The notes under the pieces: model-generated
Databases searched by the model: none
What the model was told of the DNA's origin: nothing
The model's input: only the letters and a program-made list of their open reading frames with translations
Position numbers and translations under genes: made by a program
Source: Girardia tigrina
Taxonomy: Eukaryota
NCBI GenBank assembly: GCA_001938485.1
Contig: MQRK01229930.1
Coordinates: forward strand, 4,441 to 68,440
Direction of reading: 5' to 3'
Length of the DNA stretch: 64,000 nt
Shown here: piece by piece, positions 53,898 through 64,000 of the stretch
How positions within the stretch are numbered: the stretch's first letter is position 1
Layout: each line of letters begins with the position of its first letter

Positions 53898-54545
53898 TTA
53901 TTGAACAAGTTTCGTCATCTCATACGCCGTCATCACTAATTATGACTTGTGAATTATTTGACTATTAATTTCAATGTTTGTTTTTAATTATCCTTTTATT
54001 TGTCAAATGTTATTCTAAATTTAAAAATTATTTGATTTATTAATTCAAGATATCATTAGATTTTATTGGTAATATTTTTAATAATTTATTTAAAGATTAG
54101 AATATTTTAAACAGTTTTACATTGTCCATTTTGAATATTACTTGGTAACTGATTGTAGAGTCTAATCAATAATGATTCAAGGAAATGCCACTGAAAGGCT
54201 TTCTATAAAACAGAAAACTCATCCTTTCAAACAAGATTTTCATCCTTCAAGATTTTCAATTTTTATAATATACCTAATGATCAGGAACTTTACTCGATCA
54301 ACTCGATTGCGAATGCTCACTAATGCTGACACCCGTGACAATCAAATTTATTAATCAGATTAGCTTAGAAGCTATAAATCGTTTTCGATTTATTCTAAAG
54401 GAAACTTTGAATGTCATTGAAACCCGTTTGGCACTACCTATATTTTTTCAAATACTCTTCTTCAGAAGTTTAAATCCTTCACAATGTGTATTTTATTGAT
54501 TTCTTTGCTAGTTACTTTCGAGCACTTTATGTGTACATAATTTGT
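53898..54545 (-). mobile_element. Penelope 3' fragment with degenerate hammerhead (53898-53940)
   Basis: Reverse match to the GIY-YIG region; gTGATGA-CGGCGTATGAGATGAC-GAAAC core with C3 mutated. Confidence 0.7.
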
Positions 54546-56246
54546 CCCAAGTATATAAAGAAGAATATAAAAGGAAAGATTAACTCTTTCATAAACTAGA
54601 TGTTAATGGGAATTTTTAACAAATAATTTTAATCTAATAGCTATTTAGCAAGTTATCCGAGTAATTGAGTTTACACATTCAAACAATTTAAAATATTCCT
54701 GACAACTTTATATATGGAATTAAACATATACAGTTTTGTTAATGATCTTTTATAAGAATGTTTAGCAAATGTATTAATGCATAAATATTTCTCAAAATAT
54801 ATATTTAGTCCTGCATTCTTATTTAAGTTTATTATACATCCAAAATTCGTGCGTAAAATTCAATCAAAGTAAGACCAGAAAACATAATATTTAAACAGAA
54901 ATACTTTGAGTCAGCAATAAATCAAGAATGGCGTTTTTTGACATTTTAGGAAACTTTGCATCTGTATTATAGCACTGAAATCATAGATACCTGATGCTTA
55001 TGCATTCTTGAAAGGATTTTAGAAATATTTACTGACTGTAGTGCGAGTTTTTCACACTTTTGATTTTGGTTTGACCATCCTGTGTCATATCTTTCATTTA
55101 GTCTGTACTCTTTCTATTCTTTCCTCTCATGAGATATGTTCTTGTTTGTGTCATGTGTGACTTTTTATGTGTCATGTTATATTTTTATTTTGTAGTATGC
55201 AGGTCAAATGATGTTTTTCGTATTTTTTCTTATTTTTTTATTTATTAATATATTTTTTGTTCACAAAAAAAGAAGAAGAATAATTGAAAGAAAAAATATT
55301 AAAGAAAGAAAGAACCCGGATTATATTTCCACTCCCATTATATTTATCCAAGCCAAATTATTTTGGCAAATTTATATTTTAATTAAAGACTCGATAAAAC
55401 GATTATAAAATTAAAATATCAAAAATGTCAAAAGTTACCGTCGACAAAAACCAAGGTTTCTTTTCCAAACTTTATTTCGGCGGATAAAATTCCTTTGTCG
55501 GACATATTTTACTAATTTTGGTTCGACCACGATCTAATAGGTCCTTTACAGAGTCAACACTATTAATTTACTCAATCCTGCATTTCAACCGTATTCCCTT
55601 AGTTTTGTTCTATTACCGAAAGTGTCGATTCCCATATTGTCTTTCCTAACATTTGGTAACTATTATACCCTTTTGATTACATTATCAAAGATGTGAAGTT
55701 AAATTATTACTGGTTTGACTAAAGTTTTGTGAGGTGTTAATTTGGTAATAAATTTTAATCATTCACTCCAGTGATATTGTTCTTAATTAGATTAATTTAT
55801 TATAATAATTCGGTTAATCTATACTACATAATTAAAAATTAAAATAACCGATTTGTCCTGCGAACTAGGTGGATAAATAGGTTATTTTACACTGACCAAC
55901 AAGTTCAATTTTTGTCAAATTTAAAATGAACAACATCTAAATAACATAAACTGAAAAACATCTCTGAAGATTAAAATGTTTTATTCTTCTATAATGTGAT
56001 GAAATCAGAAAAAAAACTTTGAAAGGTTAAGTGACAGTGATATGCTGTTCATCGGTCGATGACCTTAGGGTTCTATATGATGATATGACTCGGTGCAAGA
56101 ATTTTTTTACTGGTTTGATCCATTGACAATGGTGACATAATTTGTGATAATGACATAACACGGGCATAATAAACATGAGCCACTTCACATGTGCTCCGTT
56201 TCAATTACCACTGTTCGGTATGAGAAATATTTTTCATTGAATCAAA

Positions 56247-56289
<43 letters not shown>

Positions 56290-57327
56290 ATGTAATACAA
56301 TATAATATAATATTTTAATATAGTAAAAATATAAAAAGCACAGAAGATGAATTTTTCTGATATTCTTTTCTTTGAAGCATTTAAGGACACAGATCTCTAG
56401 AAATGTCCAACATGATTTGATGTTATAAGTTGAATAACGTTTGAACACCTCCATATATGCTTTAGAAATTACGATAACGATATCAGTCAAGAAGATTCTC
56501 TTTACTAGTGGTAGAAAATAGATCCGACTTGACATCCAAGTTTCGATTTTTAGTCTGTTATTTCAAAAATATTGAAGAATTTTTCAATTATTAAAAATTT
56601 TTTCAATCAAATTGTGAAAGTTGCGGTCGTTTTCACAATTTTTGGAAAGAAAATAAGAAAAGAGGAAATTAAAAATTAACAATTTTTTTCATATTAAAAA
56701 ATATTTCGAAAGTTCAACAACATTTAATGAAGGATTTATTGTCCCAACTCAGATCTTTAGATTTATTCCAACATTTTCCAGTAAAAAGACTCAAAATGAA
56801 TTTCTACAGTCGATATTGAATATTTTGAATTAAATTGCAAAAATTCTGAAAGTGATTGAAAAATCTTAAATTTTTAATGCTTTTATTTACGTGATCCTTA
56901 AAGTAATAACTTCGTGTATAGATATTTATGTGTAGATTGGAGAGACAAACCGTCCTCTTCGAACTAAAATTGCTGATCACACTCAATCGAGTATAAATAG
57001 CTCTATTCTAAAAAATATATTACATTGCAAAATCCGAAATAAAAATGACTATAAAACCGAGTTAAAAATTTAATATAAAACTTTTGATGGGAGTTTGGCC
57101 TTTGTATATTTGGCCTCCAGTAAAAATTTAATCATTTTGTGTAACTATTTTTGTATATTATTTATATAAATTCTAATTGATAACACACAAACACGATTCC
57201 AACACTAATATTATATTTTTTCGAAAATATTTTATAATTTTTAAATATTATATATATTAGTATTATTATTAGTATTAGTATATTATATATATATTATTAT
57301 AATATTTTATATATATATATATTATAA

Positions 57328-57371
<44 letters not shown>

Positions 57372-57873
57372 CAATACAACCCTGAAATCGTTTGCTGATA
57401 GAAGTACAATGCTTCAATAAATGGGAATATTTATCCACTTAAATAACATTAAGAGACAAATAGAACAATTATTTCTAAATAATTATTATCATTATTATTC
57501 ATTTATCAACTTCATTTCAACAAATTTTACATAATTGTTTAAAAATAAAAAGCGTTTTCCAATTAAAACTGCTGCTAAAAGAAACAATGTAATAATTTGG
57601 ATTGTCCAAAGAATTTACTTTTTCACATTTCGTCTTCTTCGTATTATAATTTTATTTTACAATAATTAAATCAAAGTAAAATTTATTTTAAAATATGACA
57701 GCTGTTTTTCAACTCAACTATTTTGAGAATCATTTAATGTACCTCTTTAAAATTGTGTTCATGATTAAATCACCTAATCCGTCCATTAATGTCCAAACAA
57801 GTCTCTCTTCCACTTTGTTGAAAATATTTAATTAGTTATTATGCAAGATGTTTGCATAATCATCAATTTGCTA

Positions 57874-58631
57874 CTGTGTTTCCCCGATAGTAAGAGACCC
57901 CCGATTGTAAGACGTATCGGGAGTTTCAGAAGGGTCAGCTAATATAAGCCGTACCCCGAAAGTAAGACATATGTCTTACTTTCGGGGAAAAATTGGGGGA
58001 TTTGCCTCCAATGACGTGCGGTACAAAAAGTGGGGCTGGGGGTGCGGGCCGCACCCTGGGTGGGGTGCCAGGCCAGTGCCCTCCCTCTCCGACTGAAGAG
58101 ACAGCACCGTTTTGATCAGTCTGCCGACAGGTGTCACTGGCTCTGTGTCCTCCCGGAAAAAGGTCAGTGCTGGTCATACAGAGACCAAGGAGGGGAGGGG
58201 GGTGTGAAGAGATTCTCTGCAGCTCTTATTGTAACCGCAAGATGCAGCTGAGGAGGACTACAAGTCCTAACATACCGGGCTGTGTGGGCTTACAGTTTTC
58301 CTCTGCTGGAGCAGCAATAATGTTTTCCGTGGTACATCAGGACCATGGACAATGGTAACCCCCCCAAACATCGCCCCCGCATTTTCGGCGGGAAGATTGG
58401 AGGGAATTTTAGGAGGGAGATTTGGCGGGAATGATAAGAATGAAAAATCAATAAAAAACAACGTGTTGAAAAAAACAAAATGTGCAAATAATGTATGAGA
58501 AATAATGTTAATTTTATGGTTAAATAAAATTATAAATTCCCAATATAAGACATACCCCGAAAGTAAGACATAGTGAGGCTTTTAGGGATAAAAAGAAAGT
58601 AAGACACTGTCTTACTTTCGGGGAAACACGG
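57874..58631. mobile_element. Tc1/mariner (pogo/Tc2-type) MITE with GC-rich interior
   Basis: TA|CYGTGTTTCCCCGAWAGTAAGA TIRs; TAAGAC subterminal repeats; interior far more GC-rich than the flanks. Confidence 0.88.
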
Positions 58632-59319
58632 TATATATAAGACAGCAAAATTGTTGTTAATTCAGCCTGCAGATGGTGGAAAATCCACCGAAATATATTG
58701 CCATAAAATCTGATTTTTTTTAATGGTGTTATTGATTTTAAATTGAATTTTAGTAGTAAAATTTAATATATAAGGTTACCATAATAGAAATTTTTTTAAT
58801 AATGGTAAATTATTTTTTGTAAATAATAGAGGTATTCTGCTGAAAAAAGCTTCATATGTAAAGACAATAGAGTCAATTTTGGAGGGTGGTCAATAAAAAT
58901 ATTTGTTGTATGTATAATTTTGTAACTTTTAATATATTTTTAAGAAATCGATTATTTTACTTGTTTCGCAACTCATTTTCCATCGTGTAAGATAATAAAA
59001 AAATTCTAATCAGTCTAAATTATGATTACAATTAAAGTTAATTATTAATTAATTATCAACACTTTCGGTCAACAATAAATCACAAAAACTGACTCGATCA
59101 ACAAAAGATCAAGATGAGAAATGAAGTTAGATTTATTTGCAACAATTTATTATTAAATCTTACTTAAAGCCGAGAATCCATCTTTTTGAGTGTATAAAAT
59201 CAGATAACAGAAAAATATACTCAATTACTCATACTTTGCTAAATAACTGTTAGATTATAATTATTTGTTGTAAATTCCCATGGGAGATTTTATGAAATTA
59301 ATATTACAATTTTCAGGCT

Positions 59320-59740
59320 TTTATTGGATATTAATGGCAAAAATTTTATTAATTTTAATTAATTATTTTAAGATTTGAGACACCCTTACTTTTTTAAATA
59401 TTAATTTATAGGTTTTAGTTTCTTATCAATTATTCACAGATCTGCCACTCACAATGTGAATCAAAACTCTTCTGTAAAACAGAAAACTCATCCTTTAAAA
59501 CAGAAGAGATTCTATTTTTACAATAATGATCAAAAACCTTACTCGATCGACTTGATTGTGAATGTTCACTAATTCTGGTTTTTAGATGACGATTTGTCTC
59601 TCCAATGTATGTAACAATCAAATTTATAAACCAGATTAGTTTATAATTTACAAATCGTTTTCAATTTCTTTAAGAGGAAACTTTAGATGTCATTGGAACA
59701 AATACTCTTTTTAAATGCTTTAAAGCCTTCCGAATATGAT
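59320..59740 (-). mobile_element. Penelope GIY-YIG fragment
   Basis: TYIGETNRHLKTRISEHSQSSRSSKVFDH..DEFSVLQKSFDSH. Confidence 0.8.
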
Positions 59741-59807
59741 TATCATGTTAATAAATGTTTACACTCAAATTGTGATGTTGTTAATATGGGTCCTGGCGTG
59801 GTCGCTA

Positions 59808-60232
59808 TATTAACAACATCACAATTTAAGTGTAAAAATTTATTAACAACACAAACAGATTCTTCACAACCATTCTCAGTAAGCATCTTTCTTTGATTGA
59901 TATAGTTTTTGTTTATGTATTCAAATCTAAAAAATCAACTAATGGAAATATTTTAATATTAACTTTTAATTTCTCAAAATTTTATTCGATAAGAAGGCAT
60001 TAAGTAATTTTTAAAATATATTAAATTAAAAAAAATCGTTACTAAAAATATTATTAAAATTTATAATTATAAAACTCTAATTAATTAGTATTTAAAACTC
60101 AATCTCATTAAATTAATTTCATTAGATTCAAACAACCAATCAATAAGATATCAATCCCATCTGAGTAGGAGAGTCACAAATCTAAACAACATACAAACAA
60201 CAAACTTACAACATTCGGAATTTTCCCTCACA
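59808..60232 (-). mobile_element. LTR (copy F) followed by an 18-nt tRNA-complementary sequence (59790-59807)
   Basis: Minus strand TGTGAGGG...GTTAATA then TAGCGACCACGCCAGGAC; closely similar to copy C. Confidence 0.8.
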
Positions 60233-61567
60233 ACAATATTTCTTTGGAAAAATAAATCCTTTTAGACTTCATAACTTTAGAAGATTTAGAGTTCTAATAA
60301 CTCAAAAATATATGATTACTTATGACACTATAAAATCATATGACTTTACTAATTGGATGTTAGTAAAAGGTTTACCCAAAAGGTGTAAAACATTCTCAAG
60401 AAAAATACTTATATTTTAAATGAATTTATTCAGAAAGCAACCATATTTAAAGGTCATCCACGTATTCCTTGAGATTATAGAAAGAACTTTTTATTCAGAG
60501 TCATTATTGTATCACTGCAGTAATTTAATTTATTAATTTCACTTTCATTATTAATAAAGTTCACGTTGTTCTAACCATAAATTATTAATAAAAATTAATC
60601 AATAAAACTAATAAAATATTTATTAAAAATATATTACATCTAAAATAATAAAAATAATTAATAAAATTAATTATATTGATAATATTGTTTAGAGGTTAAA
60701 CTTTTATGAAGGGAAACATTTTTGTTAACAAATTTTATTTAATCATATTATGATTATTATAGTAATATATGAAATATAATTTATTAAATAAAAATATAAA
60801 ATCAACATCAACTGGAATTGGTCAATCAAATACTTTGCAGGGGAAAATATAAAACCGCAAAGAAGAAAAATAAAATACATGTGATAAAATATTTTAAAAA
60901 GTTTCTGTTAAAAAAATAATGTCGAAGTGTTCAGCGTGAGATGCGATAAAGTTCCTTCGATGGTGACGAATACTTGCCACGCGTCATTCTGTAGGTCTTA
61001 CAAAATCAAATCACAGCGTCATGCATCTTGTTTGGAATCGTTGCATCTGTTGGATTTTATGACAATGCAAATCAAAATCATCGGGAAATATTTTTTAATG
61101 AATTAAAGATCTTCATTGTGAAATTGATATTGGCTTTCGGAAATTTTGTCTAAAAATCGAAGATATCAGAATGATCCATAAAAGAATTCTAATACTGATA
61201 TAGAAAGAGAAAAGAACGAGAAATTACATTGTCAAAGAGTTGATACGGGAAGTGTTTGTTATTTTATTCTGTGTAGATTATTAATGTTTCTAAAGTGAGT
61301 TAGTTTTTTGGAGTGTCATTTGAAGCTAACAATGGTTGTTAAGAATTTTTCGACGAACATGATACATCGTATCATGCACATGACCATCATTTTGTATAAA
61401 TAGGTGAATCAAAATTGAAAAAGTAACCTGATAATGATGGTTGATACATAACATGTTAAATGATAATTTTATATTAATATTTACAAATGAAGCAATAAGT
61501 ATAAAGTAGCGAAAGACGATCAGAATTTAGTGAGGTACTAACAATTTAATACTAAAGAAGGTTTGTA

Positions 61568-61960
61568 CAGTCGTGGCCATAATTCACCAGCCACTCCTAA
61601 AATTACTGAGATTTTTGACTAACTGATATTGTAACGAAGTATTAAGGATATATTCAGTACAAACAAATTATAAGGCAATTTATCAATGTTAGCTGGAAGA
61701 TCAGTTTGTATTGCGCAGGAACCAGCAAATGGATTGGTCTTGCAGGATCTCAAAAAGGGCTCGATCTGTCACCTTGTTTGTGATAGGCGGCCTTCAGGTG
61801 GCCTGATGAAGACGGAAAGAGTTGGTTACTGCAGCGCGGCTAGTATTGAATCGCAGGGCGATTAAACGGTTCAAGACTCCAGTGTCGTGTAAAGCGACGA
61901 TTTGTGCCCTCAGAGGGATTAAAGGTTGGTTGCAAGTCGGTTGATGTCGGAATAATCACA
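61568..61960 (-). mobile_element. Tc1 deletion derivative
   Basis: TA|CAGTCGTGGCCATAA end. Minus strand LRAQIVALHDTG..IALRFNTSRAAV..RPPITNKVTDRALLRSCKTNPF. Confidence 0.65.
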
Positions 61961-63423
61961 AATACTTTTATATATAATAATAGCATAGTGGGTATGCTAC
62001 TAAAGCTGTATTCTTATTGGATGTTGGTTAAGAACATTATTTACATGCGCTTACACACACATACAGATATTAATTTTCTTTAAAATGCAAGGGTATATAA
62101 TACTTTGATATAAAAATACTAAATTATTCACCAATAACTTATATCATTTATTATATTACTGTGAGAAGTGGTTTGTAACATCAATATCAGAATTCATTTT
62201 AACACCAAAATTTATTAATATAACAACAATTCACATATTTAAACAAATTTTTCTGTTAATTTAATTATCTCGCCACAAATTAATCCATTAAATTTTTAAA
62301 ATCTTGCAAATTTATTAAATAATTTTCACATTAAAACTAAAAATTTATTTTAAAATTTATTTAAAATTGTTTCATAACTTCTATGAAAATATATAAATTC
62401 TTATGACTGTAAAAATATTTTTTATATAAATATTTAATGGTTTTCTTATCATTTTTAATTTTAAGATATTTAATAGATATATTAAAAGGATATTTTTTAT
62501 TTTTAAAGGGATATTTATTTTTTTATGATTTTCTTTTATTATATCATTTTTAATTTTTAAAATATTTAAAAAACACATTAAAAACATTTTATTTTTAAAT
62601 ACGTATTTGATTTTTTAACAGTTGTTTTATTATATCATTTTTAATTTTAAAATATTTAATAAGCATATTAACATTAAAATATTTTACCTTCTAAATTAAA
62701 AAAAATAATAAATTATTCTGGCGAGACGCAAATTTAAATTAACCCCTCATAATTACTATTCAAAACCTGAAAATGGGCAGACAATATTTGTGATAAATTA
62801 ATCTCCTAATTTATCAATTATTCCTTTTTTCGGTCAATTGAAAAAAATCCCTCTATTCTTTCCCCCAATTTAATGAGTCAGTTTTGAATTATTTATGATG
62901 ATAATGGTTTCAAATATAACGAACTTAAAAAGCACATCATTTTGCTTTCGGCAAATTTCCAACGAAAATTCTCTCAGGATGAGAATTAAAACAAAATATT
63001 TTATTATTTATTTCTCTCCTTTTCAGTTATTGTATTGTAACAATAACGTTTTATTCAATTTGACGTCAAATCATTGATGCTAATGATAATATTTTTAATA
63101 TTATAAGTAAAAAGACAGATAATTCATTTTAAATAAATTTTAATTATTTTTTTCGTTTTATTGTGCTAAACGATTTAACATAAATTACGACAAAATAAAT
63201 ATTGCAGTATAAAAACACAAAATATTGGGCAATTTCTTTGAATTTTATCCATATTGATTTGTTGCAAATTTAATATTTTAACATTAAATCGATCAAAATT
63301 AATAGTAACAATCTACGACAATTATTATTTGTCAATAATTTTGTGTTCATCGTTAAATAATATTAAAATTAATTGAAATAATAATTTACAATTTATGTAG
63401 TAAAATTGCAAACATTCAATCAC

Positions 63424-64000
63424 CTCAGAAGTGGAAGTCGAAGAGAGAATATGGACAGGTGGAGGAGTGACGGATGCACCGGTAATGATCGAATCGTACA
63501 TGTAACTAGACGAGTCGTCGAAACTCGTCATCTCATCGTTCAAATCCGCATCAATCGAGTATTTCATGTGGTTTTGCTCCACCGAGTACTGGGAGTAGAT
63601 GTTGTTCTCGATGATCGTCATCTTCGTCCCGCTGATTGGCGGCATTGACAGATCGCGTTTGATCTCGGATTTCTGTTTCCTGGGGTTCGTCTCGAGGGAC
63701 CGATTGAAGAGACGCGACTTCCTGACCGGGAGAGTGTTGTCGCCAGAGATCACCTCGGGATTGATCGACCAGTTCTCGTATACTGACTGGGGCTGATTGA
63801 GGGTCTCTGTCGAGTGCTGCCGCTGGCCAGCACTCGGTCTGTGGAAGGCCGGTTGGTCACTGGTGTCGTCCAGGTACGCTCGGTTGAGCATGTACGACTT
63901 GGAGTGTTGCGCGTTGTGAAATGCCGACGATTTCGTCAAATTGAGCATCACCGATTGACTGATGGTTTTACCGGAATCTGTGTTGCTGTGATTGTTGCGC
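63424..64000 (-). CDS. Large GC-rich upstream coding exon, probably of the LZTS-like gene (extends beyond window)
   Basis: Frame open to the window edge; donor GAG|gtgatt, phase 0. Joining gives SVTPPPVHILSSTSTSE|YVNRKAIIRPLAFRP, similar to LZTS PPPKLIPVSGKLEK..IRPTAFKP. Confidence 0.7.

Noticed and set aside
57935-58487. Several short ORFs in the GC-rich MITE
   Set aside because: Expected from high GC content; no protein motifs.
61803-61820. CTGATGAAGACGGAAA hammerhead-like motif
   Set aside because: Antisense of a Tc1 coding remnant, with no supporting stems.
1-64000. CRISPR arrays, rRNA/tRNA genes, prokaryotic operons
   Set aside because: None seen; the short repeats are TE subterminal motifs or microsatellites.

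Overview
Very AT-rich, repeat-dense genomic scaffold with several N gaps, from a eukaryote (probably an invertebrate animal; the taxon cannot be determined from the sequence). One host gene dominates the window. It is a minus-strand LZTS/Fez1-family coiled-coil gene with five phase-0 coding exons (64000+..63424, 35598..35407, 27531..27295, 10163..9888, 6318..5983) and introns of about 3.6-28 kb. The introns and flanks are filled with nested, mostly decayed transposons: hAT, MULE, pogo/Tigger, mariner/Tc1, piggyBac, Helitron, Gypsy, RTE and Penelope. A frameshifted SBDS pseudogene lies at the start. Most notable: (1) an RTE-like LINE whose first base is G1 of an HDV-like ribozyme fold, nested inside a Penelope element that carries a minimal hammerhead; (2) a multi-copy LTR family with TG...TA ends and 5-bp TSDs, one copy carrying an 18-nt tRNA 3'-end copy inside a U5 hairpin; (3) a GC-rich MITE and a mellifera-type mariner that look horizontally acquired; (4) several local templated duplications. 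All family assignments come from motif recognition by eye, not from database searches.
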